DNA of 63,760 nucleotides, counting the filler. It is 8 parts of 8 records of this genome, joined end to end, with 100 filler letters (N's around TTAATTAATTAA, not from the genome) between each part and the next. Parts side by side here need not be neighbours in the genome. Positions count along the whole stretch, not along the records: positions 16,633 to 28,921 come from SRR31156797_43315; positions 29,022 to 37,148 come from SRR31156797_43317; 6 more parts are not named here. One strand, given 5' to 3'. A program made the position numbers and the translations under genes. The notes under the pieces were generated by a model. The model saw only the letters and a list, made by a program, of their open reading frames with translations. It was not told the DNA's origin and ran no database searches. This document shows, in pieces, positions 20,486 to 30,255 of the stretch (positions are counted from its first letter, which is position 1; the number at the start of each line of letters is the position of its first letter).

Positions 20486-21073
20486 TCAGGGATTTTTCGC
20501 TTTTATATTATCAATGAGCGCCATCACCAGCTCACCGCTCTGGACCTTGGCCATGGGATTCACCCGTACGAGCGCTTCCCACGCTTTGATGGCCTCATCC
20601 CTCTTTTTCAGGTCATGGAGAAACACCACCCCTTTATTGAAGTAGGCCGCCTCCTGGCGGGGGTTTGCCTTAATTGCCCTGTCAAAGGCCTTGATGGCCT
20701 CCTGCGGCCGGCCCTTGCGGCGGTACATCACCCCCAGGTCCGTCAACACATCCGGATTGTCGGGGAGAAGGGCCAGGGATCGGTTATAGGCCAAAATAGC
20801 CTTGTCAACCCGGTTGGTGTCAAAATAAAGGTTCCCCAGCCGCGCCCAAGCCTCCGCATTGTCGGGATGAAGGGCTGTCTCTTTCTCCAGCGCCGAAATC
20901 TTGGATGCCTGCCCATTTGGAACCGCCGACTGACCCGGCGGCGCATCTTTTCCGGGCGCAGACTCGTAAGCACTGTAGAAAACCCCTCCCACAAAACCGA
21001 CCGCAAGGGCCACAAATACCACCACCATCATGGTTTCCTTTTTTACATATCCGGCTATTTCTTTTTTCGACAT
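20486..21073 (-). CDS. Membrane-anchored TPR protein
   Basis: N-terminal TM; TPRs AWARLGNLYFD, VLTDLGVMYRR, AYFNKG. Confidence 0.85.
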   Translation of the reverse strand: MSKKEIAGYVKKETMMVVVFVALAVGFVGGVFYSAYESAPGKDAPPGQSAVPNGQASKISALEKETALHPDNAEAWARLGNLYFDTNRVDKAILAYNRSLALLPDNPDVLTDLGVMYRRKGRPQEAIKAFDRAIKANPRQEAAYFNKGVVFLHDLKKRDEAIKAWEALVRVNPMAKVQSGELVMALIDNIKAKNP

Positions 21074-21186
21074 ACATTTCCTTTGCAACAACAGGCTGAA
21101 TTGCCGTTAAACCGATTGTACAGATTCCTCGTCAAAAAAACCAGCGCCAGGGCCACAAGAGCGACCACAACAATGATCTCCGCCAT
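21055..21186 (-). CDS. Small Cys-rich membrane protein (FeoB-associated Cys-rich type), 43 aa, absent from the ORF track
   Basis: Manual translation MAEIIVVVALVALALVFLTRNLYNRFNGNSACCCKGNVCRKKK*; overlaps the TPR gene start. Confidence 0.7.
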   Translation of the reverse strand: MAEIIVVVALVALALVFLTRNLYNRFNGNSACCCKGNVCRKKK

Positions 21187-21304
21187 AATCCGCTGACCTA
21201 TTTCACGGCGCAGCAGCCGCCCGAAGCCCCCTGCTCCCGGATGGCCCGTTCAAGCCCCTTATCGTAATAGGCCACTTCCGCCTTGCCTCTTGTGTTTATG
21301 ATTT

Positions 21305-22060
21305 CTACTGGACGGCAACTTTGTCCATGGGGGATTGCTCCACGCCCGCCTTCCGCCCGAAGGGGTATTCCACAACCTTCTGCAAACGCTCCTGCTCGCT
21401 GACCAATCCATCGGAAACACATAAAATTCGATGGGCCCCTTTTGAACACTCCGTATTGTGGGTCACCATAACAATGGTGATCCCTTTCCCGTTCAAGGTA
21501 TGAAAAAGATCCATGATCTCACGGCTGGTTGTGGTATCCAGATTGCCCGTGGGCTCATCGGCCAGTAGTATGGTGGGGTTGTTCACCACGGCCCTTGCAA
21601 TGGCCACCCGTTCCTGTTCCCCCCCCGAGATCTCACCGGGCAGACGGTTTTCTTTATCTGAAAGCCCCACGTGCTTAAGGGCCTCCCTGGCCATGTCCCT
21701 TTTCTCCCGGGATTTAATCCTGGCGACGGCCAGGGGCAACAATACATTTTCCATGACGGTCAAATAGGGAATCAGGTGAAAACTCTGGAAAATAAATCCC
21801 AGAAATTCCATACGAAATTTAGCCCTTTCATCAAGGCTAAGGGAATAGACATCCATATCATCCACCATATATCTCCCCTTTGTGGGGGTATTCAGCCCCC
21901 CCATCATGGAGAGCAGGGTGGATTTCCCCGACCCCGATTCCCCGACAACGGCCACGAACTCTCCCTGTTTGATCCGGAAACTCATCCCTTTGACGGCCAT
22001 GAAAGCGGCGTCCCCTTTTCCATATTCCTTCATCAGATTTTCAATTTGCATATAACCCAT
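21305..22060 (-). CDS. ABC transporter ATP-binding protein (LolD/MacB-like)
   Basis: [33 protein letters not shown]. Confidence 0.95.
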   Translation of the reverse strand: MGYMQIENLMKEYGKGDAAFMAVKGMSFRIKQGEFVAVVGESGSGKSTLLSMMGGLNTPTKGRYMVDDMDVYSLSLDERAKFRMEFLGFIFQSFHLIPYLTVMENVLLPLAVARIKSREKRDMAREALKHVGLSDKENRLPGEISGGEQERVAIARAVVNNPTILLADEPTGNLDTTTSREIMDLFHTLNGKGITIVMVTHNTECSKGAHRILCVSDGLVSEQERLQKVVEYPFGRKAGVEQSPMDKVAVQ

Positions 22061-22072
22061 GATTCACGCCTC

Positions 22073-23236
22073 CTACAGGCTTCTGAGAGCTTCGTTGGGG
22101 TCAAGATTTCCCGCCATGACCGCCGGATAAGCACTGGATATGAGACCTAAGAAAACAGCGACCACCAATACTCCAAAGGCCAGGACCGGATCAAAAGCAA
22201 GGCTCACGTCCACGCTTTCGGTGAAAAAGGGGATGGTGAGTTTTGTCGCGCCGAGACCCATGAAATACCCCGCCACCCCGGCAAGGGCCGAGATGACGGC
22301 CGCCTCGAACAGGACCATGCCGATCACATGGCGCCGCCTGAAACCGATGGCCATGAAGATGCCGAATTCAGAAGTGCGTTCCCGGACACTTCCCATCATG
22401 GTCACCAAAACCACCAACCCTCCCACCAGCATGACCAGCAGGGAAAGGCCGTAGGCGAATTTGTTGAAGTGCCCCAGGGTCTCCATGCGCCCTTTCACCA
22501 CCTGGCGGATGGCCATCACCTTGGCGTCGGGGAGAGCACCCGAGATCTGGGCAACCATCTCGTCGATGGGGCATGCGGCGCAGAGGGCCGCCACCTCCGC
22601 CATGGAAATGCGCCCTTCCTTGCCCAGCACCTGCTGGGCCGTCATAAGGGGGGCAAAAATAATCTGGTCATCCTGGCTTCCGGTCGGTTCCAGAACGCCT
22701 GCCACCGCAAGATTTTTCCCGTTGGCATCCAGCGCATCGCCCTGTCCCAGGCCAAGGATGCGGCTGGCCTCCGCACCCAGAAGAATACCGTTTTCACCGG
22801 GGGATTCTCCTTTAATTTTCCACCAGGGTCTCAGGATATGGGCCACCTGGAAATCCACCCCCGCCAGCAGCACATTGCGATCCGCAACCTTGATGGAACC
22901 CAGCACCATGGGGCCCACCGCCGCAACATTTTTGGCGTTCTCGATTTCCTTGATCCGGCCCAGGTCCTTCTGGAGGATTTCACGCATCTCAAAGGAAATG
23001 CCTCCGACGGCCATCCCTCCATAGGTAAGGGACAGGTTTTCCGTTTTCGGCAGAATCATGATATTGGCGCCGTACTTTTCCAGCTTATGATTGATATCCC
23101 GGGTGAGGGTGTCCACAAGGCTCATGAAGGCCACAACCGCCGTTACCCCCACCAGCAATCCGATGAGAATAAAGGAGGCCTTGGCCTTGCGGCGTTTTAA
23201 ATTTGCCAAGGAAATGTCAAAGAGTTTCATGATCAT
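22073..23236 (-). CDS. ABC transporter permease (MacB/FtsX family)
   Basis: TM1, periplasmic domain, 3 TMs; SVRERTSEFGIFMAIG, PA...LDPNEALR. Confidence 0.92.
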   Translation of the reverse strand: MIMKLFDISLANLKRRKAKASFILIGLLVGVTAVVAFMSLVDTLTRDINHKLEKYGANIMILPKTENLSLTYGGMAVGGISFEMREILQKDLGRIKEIENAKNVAAVGPMVLGSIKVADRNVLLAGVDFQVAHILRPWWKIKGESPGENGILLGAEASRILGLGQGDALDANGKNLAVAGVLEPTGSQDDQIIFAPLMTAQQVLGKEGRISMAEVAALCAACPIDEMVAQISGALPDAKVMAIRQVVKGRMETLGHFNKFAYGLSLLVMLVGGLVVLVTMMGSVRERTSEFGIFMAIGFRRRHVIGMVLFEAAVISALAGVAGYFMGLGATKLTIPFFTESVDVSLAFDPVLAFGVLVVAVFLGLISSAYPAVMAGNLDPNEALRSL

Positions 23237-23823
23237 CCCCTCCTTTGAAAATCAAAATAGGACTGCCCCAAAAGGATGTCCGACACCTGAATCACCAGGT
23301 TGTCGCCTTCGATTTTCCGGTTGAGGGGCGCGGGATTGCATCCGCCCTTCACCTCGTTTATCTTCACGGACACAAACCGTTTTCCGCAGTTCCTGCAAAC
23401 CATTTTATCCTGTTCCTGATAGTACCCCTTGCCGCTGGGCCAGCACACGTCACAGGCATCAAATGCGGCTCGGATCACCCCATCGGAACTCTTCAATACA
23501 AAATATTTGACGGTGATACCGTTATCGGCCCTGTACTCAAAATGTTTTGCCTTTCCGTCAGCAAACAGACCGACCGGATGGGTGACCACCCGGGTCTGAT
23601 TAACTTCCTGAACATCCCGGCCCGCCTTTTGGGTCACGGAAACATTTTGGGAAGTCTGACCGTTCCCCTGAAACAAGAAGAGAGCGGCGGCGACCACCAG
23701 CAAGGCACAGATGGAGAGGGCGGCAAAGGGCGATAGGCCCTTTTTCTTTTTGTCGGTTCCCAGGACCGCTGTTTTTTTGTGGGTACTGATTTCTTTTATG
23801 GATTGTTTTTTCTGATTAGCCAT
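23233..23823 (-). CDS. DUF2318 Cys-rich membrane-anchored (Fe-S-type) protein
   Basis: FDACDVC...GYYQ...CRNCG.RF....GGCNP.PL. Confidence 0.85.
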   Translation of the reverse strand: MANQKKQSIKEISTHKKTAVLGTDKKKKGLSPFAALSICALLVVAAALFLFQGNGQTSQNVSVTQKAGRDVQEVNQTRVVTHPVGLFADGKAKHFEYRADNGITVKYFVLKSSDGVIRAAFDACDVCWPSGKGYYQEQDKMVCRNCGKRFVSVKINEVKGGCNPAPLNRKIEGDNLVIQVSDILLGQSYFDFQRRG

Positions 23824-24096
23824 TTTGTTCCTCCATGATCGGCCTCTATTTCGGCGTAACATTATCTGTCGTTTTCTTTGTTATTTTTCCTCATTCCGAG
23901 AGTTGCCCCTCCAATTCGAAAAGGGCCTGTGAAGATGGATCTCACCGTAACACGGTCTCCCCAAAGGGCCTTTATCCCATGAAAAGGGACGAGGCTTTGG
24001 GGGGCAAAAAATGAATGGGGGTGATGTAAAAAAGTGGTATGCGTACCGGGGCCTGGATTAGAAAACCAATAAGGTCCAGAAACCCGGCCGGTGGGT

Positions 24097-24609
24097 TCAA
24101 CAGATAAAGGAGGTGTTTATGAGGTAGAGTGGGACCGGGGCGGCCCTCGATCGCGAGCCCCCTCCGTCCACGGCAAGGTTTCGTTGATCTTCATTCAGAA
24201 AGGCATTGGACTGGATAAAAACCACCAGATCACCTTCAAAGAGACGATCCGTTCCCCAGGAATGCCCCTTGGAAGCCAGGGCCCGAACACCACTCCCGGC
24301 CTTTCCCATGTGGCAGCATGAAGGCATTCCCTCACCCTGACAAGGCTCCCCTGCAGAAACCACATCCCGCTGATCATCCGAAGGGCCGGACAGATGGCAG
24401 GAGGGGAGGAATGCCTCAAGGGGTGTTTTCGGATTCAGCTGTAATTTCAGGACTTCACAACCCTGAACCACCGGTTTTTCCCGGGCAGCCAGCCCCCCCC
24501 GGCAGCATTTTCCCTTACACTGAACTGCGCCCTGGGCAAGGCCAACCATTGCCATAAAAAATATCAGCGTCCATGAAAGGCATTTAAATGTGAATGTTCG
24601 TATTTTCAT
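24097..24609 (-). CDS. Cys/His-rich secreted or membrane hypothetical protein (DUF2946-like leader?)
   Basis: Signal-like N-terminus, CKGKCC, SCCH, C-terminal RSRAAPVPLYLINTSFIC; lies upstream of the metal ABC operon. Confidence 0.55.
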   Translation of the reverse strand: MKIRTFTFKCLSWTLIFFMAMVGLAQGAVQCKGKCCRGGLAAREKPVVQGCEVLKLQLNPKTPLEAFLPSCHLSGPSDDQRDVVSAGEPCQGEGMPSCCHMGKAGSGVRALASKGHSWGTDRLFEGDLVVFIQSNAFLNEDQRNLAVDGGGSRSRAAPVPLYLINTSFIC

Positions 24610-24653
24610 AATCGCATGATGGGTCGTCCGGCCAAACCTTCAACAAGCCTTTT

Positions 24654-25103
24654 TCAGTCGCCGGTTTCGACCCCGTCCAATATGCGTAGCGGTTCACCGC
24701 ATCGGATCTTTCCCCCCCTTAGTACGCGGGCGAATATCCCTTCCCGGGGCATGATACAATCCCCCGCCATATAATAAATGGCGCACTTATTGTGGCATTC
24801 TTTGCCCTTCTGGGTGATCTCCACCCGGGCTGATTCACCAAGATCCAAACGCGTTCCCACCGGGAGTTTTTCCCAATCAACACCTTCAGTGGCGATATTT
24901 TCCGCAAAATTTCCGAATGTCACATCCAGACCTTTTCTGCGGGTTTCTTCGATGCTCTCAGCCGCCAGAAAGCTCACCTGACGATGCCATGGCCCCGCAT
25001 GGGCATCCCCCTCGATCCCGTGTTCCCGAACCAGGGAAACTTCCGTAACGGGAATCTTGGGTGTTCCCTTTTTTCGACTGGTGGCAAGGGAAACGATTTT
25101 CAT
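24654..25103 (-). CDS. MOSC domain protein
   Basis: GIEGDAHAG.WHRQVS.L, FAENI, GKECH..CAIY...GDCIMPREGIF. Confidence 0.92.
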   Translation of the reverse strand: MKIVSLATSRKKGTPKIPVTEVSLVREHGIEGDAHAGPWHRQVSFLAAESIEETRRKGLDVTFGNFAENIATEGVDWEKLPVGTRLDLGESARVEITQKGKECHNKCAIYYMAGDCIMPREGIFARVLRGGKIRCGEPLRILDGVETGD

Positions 25104-25147
25104 ATTTTCCAATGTATTCACCTCATTTAAACGCCACACACCCCATG

Positions 25148-25543
25148 CTAAAGCAAACCCGCCAAAGTCATGGAATCCAGTTTGTCATACATGGCTTTTG
25201 AGGCCGCTTCCCAGATATTCCGAGTGACACATTCAGGGGACTTTTCGCATTGATTAGGGTTCCCGATACAAACCGTAAAATCCATTCCCCCTTCAAGCGC
25301 TTTGACCACCTCTGCCACTGTGATCTTCTCAGGAGGCCGCGACAGCATGTGTCCCCCCTTGGGTCCCCGGACACTCTTCACGAAATCGGCCTGTTTTAGG
25401 GGGATAATGATCTGCTCCAGGTATTTCACGGAAATCCCCTGGCGTTCCGCAATATCCTTGATCCTCACCGGACCTTCATGAAATCTTTTTGCCAGATCCA
25501 GAACCATTCTGATTCCATATCGACTTCGGGTAGATATTTTCAT
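25148..25543 (-). CDS. Rrf2-family transcriptional regulator (IscR/CymR-like, 3 Cys)
   Basis: MKISTRSRYG, SVKYLEQI, SVRGPKGG, C.....C.....C. Confidence 0.93.
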   Translation of the reverse strand: MKISTRSRYGIRMVLDLAKRFHEGPVRIKDIAERQGISVKYLEQIIIPLKQADFVKSVRGPKGGHMLSRPPEKITVAEVVKALEGGMDFTVCIGNPNQCEKSPECVTRNIWEAASKAMYDKLDSMTLAGLL

Positions 25544-25557
25544 AGGACATCCATTTC

Positions 25558-25601
25558 ATACTACTTTGGTATAGTATAGTAGTGTACACAACCCATGTCA
25601 A
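25558..25601 (-). promoter_or_regulatory. sigma70 promoter of rrf2 overlapped by an inverted repeat (putative autoregulatory operator)
   Basis: Minus strand TTGACA (25601-25596)-N17-TATACT (25578-25573); inverted repeat ATACTACT...AGTAGTGT at 25558-25585. Confidence 0.7.
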
Positions 25602-25611
25602 GGAATTGGTA

Positions 25612-26697
25612 CTATTTGAAATATTGTTTCAGCTTTTCAGGGTTGTTTCCAACCTCTGCCAGGGCAAGCATCAGCAGCAAACGCGCTTTGGTCCCCATGA
25701 GGTCCCCGGCCAGAATAACCCCTTTCTTTTCCAGCATACCACCGCCCCCCTCATCACCGTAGGCCGGTTCCACCGAACCGTAATAAACCCGGGTGGATAT
25801 CACCACCGGAACATTTTTTGAAAGGGCGTAAAGGATGGCTTCACAGGTCTCTGCACTGACATTCCCGGCACCCAGCGCGTCAATGACCAGGCCTTTGGCG
25901 CCTTTATCCACCGCATAGCGGATGAAATCCCCTCGGTCCCCTGCGTATGTAGTGAAAAACGGTACCGGTGGAAGCTTTGCAGGAAGCGGAAATTTTATCT
26001 TATGAACCCTGTCGTTAAAGCGCTTGACCTTTCCATTGTACACAAAGCCCAGACACCCCTTTTCGCCGGATTCAAAAGTTTGCACGTTGGTGGTCTGGGT
26101 TTTTCGCACATCCCTTGCCCCATTGACATAATTATTAAGGGTGACCGTCACGCCCCATCCCCGGGCCTCCTTCGAAGAAGCCTGGATGACCGAGTCCAGG
26201 ATATTATCGGGGCCATCCGGAGAGGGATCGGAAGCATCTTTCATGGCCCCCGTAAAGACCACCGGCTTGTCGCTGCGAACGGTCAACTCCAGGAAATATG
26301 CCCCTTCAGCCATGGTGTCCGTTCCATGGGTAACCACCACACCTGTTATATCAGGTCTTTTAATGATGTCATTGATTTTTTTGCTTAGTTTAAGCCAGAT
26401 TTCCGGCGTCATCTGTGAACTGTCGATATTCATGAAATTCAAAACGCCGATATTGGCAATTTTTTCTAAACCGGGTACCAATTTCACCAGTTCCTCTCCG
26501 GATACCGCCGGAACTGATTTGCCGGTCTTGGGGTCTTTTTTCTCTGCAATGGTTCCGCCGGTGGTAACGATGGCAACGGAGGGCAATTTTGGATCAGTCA
26601 CATGGATTTTGAGATCCGAAGATTCTGTGGCCCCGGCGGAATATGCAAATAAGAACGATAATATGAGCGCAATGGTAAATGATGGGGAAAATCTCAT
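25612..26697 (-). CDS. ansB: Periplasmic type II L-asparaginase
   Basis: Signal peptide; TTGGTIA and HGTDTM catalytic motifs; GAGN. Confidence 0.9.
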   Translation of the reverse strand: MRFSPSFTIALILSFLFAYSAGATESSDLKIHVTDPKLPSVAIVTTGGTIAEKKDPKTGKSVPAVSGEELVKLVPGLEKIANIGVLNFMNIDSSQMTPEIWLKLSKKINDIIKRPDITGVVVTHGTDTMAEGAYFLELTVRSDKPVVFTGAMKDASDPSPDGPDNILDSVIQASSKEARGWGVTVTLNNYVNGARDVRKTQTTNVQTFESGEKGCLGFVYNGKVKRFNDRVHKIKFPLPAKLPPVPFFTTYAGDRGDFIRYAVDKGAKGLVIDALGAGNVSAETCEAILYALSKNVPVVISTRVYYGSVEPAYGDEGGGGMLEKKGVILAGDLMGTKARLLLMLALAEVGNNPEKLKQYFK

Positions 26698-26723
26698 GGT
26701 CTTTATATGGATCTCCGCTGATA

Positions 26724-27896
26724 TTATTTGGGGTTGGATAAGACTTCCGGGACCAAAACCTGGAAAGGTTCCTGAATAAAACCGATCCTGGAAAAGTTAT
26801 GCAAGGTCTCATAAACAGGTAGGCTGACTTCCGTTCCTGCTTCAATAAGCAGCTTTCCCTTGTTGGTTAAAATATCTTGATGAATAACCATTCCCGGGGA
26901 GAGTTCGCTCGCACGAAGTTGCCGGATGGGGTTATGGGAAGATTCTCCTTCAATAATGGGTGAGAATTGTCCCAGAAGTTCAGCGGTGTATTCTTTTTCA
27001 TTTGATTTGAGAGTAGACAGGGCAGCCTCTGAAGAGTTACCCTTGAAGATCAGCTTCTCATAATCCAGAACCAGTTTGAGAATCCTGCTCCCCACGCGGA
27101 TGCGCTTTCTCGTTTCATCATTCCCTTTAAAGCCTGTGTCCATCTCCAGATTTTGCTGACGCGCGACAATTTCAGCCACTTCCTGCAGGTTTGGAATTTT
27201 ACGTAACAGCTCGTACCCCGCCCGAGGGTGCCGATCAAACGCATCCTGTTCTTCAAATGATACGTCCTCTCCCCGATAAATTTTTTCGATGGTTTCAGAA
27301 GAGACCGTAACACATCCAATCTGGCTCAGCATGGCCGCCATTCGGATTTGCCAGAACCGATTCAGATTCACCCTCCCGGCCAGTTGTTCCACATGGCGTT
27401 TAACGCGCGAAGCGCGGCCGAAAGCCGAAGGATTTGAAATGCACAAGATATCCGTCAACATCCCGACGGCGCCCCCCAGGGTCTTCTCCAGCAGCTCCTT
27501 TAAGTGCTGCTCACTATTGCGAAGTTTCAAATGGGTCTCAACCCGGGCTTTGACCACCGGCGGGCTGATGGGCTTGGTAATATAATCCACGGCACCAGCG
27601 GCAAAACCCTTTATTTCATCCACCACCTGAACTTTGGCCGTCACAAAAATCACCGGGATTTTGCGCGATTTCCGATTGGCCTTGAGTCGCTCGCAAACCT
27701 CATACCCATCCATTCCCGGCATCAAGATATCCAGAAGAATCAAATCCGGAGGGCTTTCTTTCACGGCTTCAAGGGCCGCAAGACCATCCATGGCCACCGA
27801 GACATCATAGAAATCACCCAGGGTATTCACCAGGATATCCACGTTGGTCTCGTTATCATCCACTACGAGCACGCTGCTTTCCGCAATTTTTTTCAT
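26724..27896 (-). CDS. Response regulator with degenerate HD-GYP-like output domain
   Basis: REC domain (ILLDILMPGMDG); MLSQIG where active enzymes have LHDIG; no GYP. Confidence 0.82.
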   Translation of the reverse strand: MKKIAESSVLVVDDNETNVDILVNTLGDFYDVSVAMDGLAALEAVKESPPDLILLDILMPGMDGYEVCERLKANRKSRKIPVIFVTAKVQVVDEIKGFAAGAVDYITKPISPPVVKARVETHLKLRNSEQHLKELLEKTLGGAVGMLTDILCISNPSAFGRASRVKRHVEQLAGRVNLNRFWQIRMAAMLSQIGCVTVSSETIEKIYRGEDVSFEEQDAFDRHPRAGYELLRKIPNLQEVAEIVARQQNLEMDTGFKGNDETRKRIRVGSRILKLVLDYEKLIFKGNSSEAALSTLKSNEKEYTAELLGQFSPIIEGESSHNPIRQLRASELSPGMVIHQDILTNKGKLLIEAGTEVSLPVYETLHNFSRIGFIQEPFQVLVPEVLSNPK

Positions 27897-27912
27897 GCCA
27901 AATTCTCCCCGG

Positions 27913-28921
27913 CTATTCACCATCCGCCAGTTCAGAGGCGATTTGTTTTATGGTCCCTTCTATTTCCAGGAACGCCTCCACCACATCCGGATCAAAATGA
28001 CTGCCGCTGCCTTCGCTGATGATGTCCACCGCCTTTTCGTGGGGAAAGGGGGGTTTATAGACCCGTTTGCAGATGAGGGCGTCATATACGTCGGCAACGG
28101 CCATGATACGGCCCGAAAGGGGGATCTCTTCTCCCTTAAGCCCCTGGGGGTATCCGGAACCATCCCATTTCTCCTGGTGGGTGCGGGCGATGTTCTTGGC
28201 ATGTGTAAGAAATGAGGGCCTGACGTCCATTTCGAACAATTCCTCCGCCTTCACAAGGGCCTGGAAGCCCAATTCACAATGGGTCTTCATGGTGGCGAAT
28301 TCCTCATGGGTCAATTTTCCCGGCTTGTGCAAAACGGCATCGGGAACGCCCACCTTACCGATGTCGTGCAGCGGCGCGGATTTATAGAGCAGGTCCACGG
28401 TCTTTTTATCCAAAACCTCCCCATACTTTGGTTGTTCCGCTAATTTTTGGGCCAGAACCTGCACATAACGCTGGGTTCTCAGAATATGCCCGCCGGTCTC
28501 ATTGTCCCGGGTTTCAGCCAGGGTTGCCAGACCGTGAATGGTGATATCCTGGGTAACCGCCAGCTCTTTCGTCCGTTCCGCCACTTTGATTTCCAGGATT
28601 TCGTTCTGCATTTCCAGTTCCCGGCTGGCCAGCACCAGGGAAAGATGGGTCTTCACCCGGGCCTGAACCTCGGTGATTTCAAAGGGTTTGGTAATATAAT
28701 CCACGGCACCCATCCGAAACCCTTTGGTTTTGTTTTCAATTTCCGTGAGTGCCGTCAGGAAAATAATGGGGATTTTGGCGTAGCGTTCATCTGCTTTTAA
28801 CGTTTGGCAGACCTCATAGCCGTCCATCTCCGGCATCATAATATCCAGCAGAATCAAATCCGGAGGCTCTTCCGCCACTGTCTCAACGGCTTCCCGGCCA
28901 TCCATGGCCACCGACACATCA
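27913..28921 (-). CDS. RpfG-family REC + HD-GYP c-di-GMP phosphodiesterase (5'-truncated)
   Basis: ETGGHILR, PLHDIGK, HQEKWDGSGYP, ADVYDAL...R.YK. Confidence 0.93.
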
Positions 28922-29021
28922 NNNNNNNNNNNNNNNNNNNNNNNNNNNNNNNNNNNNNNNNNNNNTTAATTAATTAANNNNNNNNNNNNNNNNNNNNNNN
29001 NNNNNNNNNNNNNNNNNNNNN
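28922..29021. other. Artificial contig linker
   Basis: N-run/TTAATTAATTAA/N-run. Confidence 0.99.
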
Positions 29022-29147
29022 AAAGAAGTGGTCGATTTCAACACCCTTTATGGGAGTGGACCTGGTGGTTGAAAATATGTCTTTACTGTATCAGTCCGTA
29101 TGAAGAAAGGACACCGGCAAGATACCATGGTTTTTTATGTGAAATAA

Positions 29148-30107
29148 TCAGGCGATTATCTGCTTCTTCTTTACGAGTGTTTCTGAAGGCAATTCCCCAA
29201 AAAGTTGCCGATAATCTGAAGCGAATTGTCCCATGTGCCAAAAACCGTTTTCATGTGCAATATCCGAAATTAAAATATTCGGATCATCAATTTTCTTCAA
29301 AGCGGACCGAACATCGTTGAGGCGATGATATTTTAAATATTTTTTGGGTGATAAAGAAAAAGATTCATAAAACATGTTACGCAAAGTCCGTTCATCTATA
29401 CCAACAGCCCGACAAATATCCTTTATCTTAATTTGTGCAAAAGGATCTGCATCAACATATTCCAATACCCGGTCTAACACCTGTTTTCTATTGGAAAGCT
29501 GCCTTTTCTTTTGCTTCGCTGGCTGTGATGACGCCAAAGCGATGAGTAAGAACCTCGTTAATCGCCATTTCGTTTCTTGGTTAATAAGGCTGTTGGTCAA
29601 CATGCCTTCAGTGCACCTTGCTAAGGCACATAGCCCCCCTACAAAAGCTTGTAAACGATAAATAGAGTAAGGATCGCATAATAGGACTTCCCCTTTTCGT
29701 ACCAACTTATGAGGTTCTGGAAATCCAAGCTCCATTGCCGTCTTGATAAAAAATGACTCTGAAAAGGTCATGGTTAAGGGATGATGGCATGGATATGAAA
29801 CACCCTGGTGTTCGTTGTCTTCGGGAAATACAATGAGACCATTTGGGGGAAACTCCATGTATCTCCAGACTATGGGCGCCGATTCCGGGTGGTGGATTAC
29901 AAATGTAAGACCATTGGGAGCAGAACCATACTGCAACAGCTTTTGAGAGTACATGGTTTGTCCGAGTTGAATGTCGTGGTCTCCAAATAAAGTCATGTCC
30001 ACATGGAATTTTCCAGGGCTTAACTGTTCTAATTTCAAATCCCATGTAGTTGCTTCGTTAAAGTGATCAAAATCATCGTAATTAATTATTATATGAAAAC
30101 CAGTCAT
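29148..30107 (-). CDS. AraC-family (EutR-like) transcriptional regulator
   Basis: C-terminal double HTH: ERTL...F...SPKKYL...RL, GFWHMGQFASDYRQLFGELPSET. Confidence 0.92.
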   Translation of the reverse strand: MTGFHIIINYDDFDHFNEATTWDLKLEQLSPGKFHVDMTLFGDHDIQLGQTMYSQKLLQYGSAPNGLTFVIHHPESAPIVWRYMEFPPNGLIVFPEDNEHQGVSYPCHHPLTMTFSESFFIKTAMELGFPEPHKLVRKGEVLLCDPYSIYRLQAFVGGLCALARCTEGMLTNSLINQETKWRLTRFLLIALASSQPAKQKKRQLSNRKQVLDRVLEYVDADPFAQIKIKDICRAVGIDERTLRNMFYESFSLSPKKYLKYHRLNDVRSALKKIDDPNILISDIAHENGFWHMGQFASDYRQLFGELPSETLVKKKQIIA

Positions 30108-30189
30108 TAATCTTATTATTTTCCGATTTTTGATGTTGTTGGGTTACAGATTCTGTTATAATGAAATTAATTGTCATAACTCGAGTTTC

Positions 30190-30206
30190 TGCATAACTCA
30201 TGCCAG
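30190..30206 (-). promoter_or_regulatory. Putative sigma54 (-24/-12) promoter facing araC
   Basis: Minus strand CTGGCATGAGTTATGCA (GG-N10-GC). Confidence 0.5.
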
Positions 30207-30255
30207 AATAAGAGGCTTCCCCTGTAACCAATTCAGAGTGGCGGAGTTTAATTCA

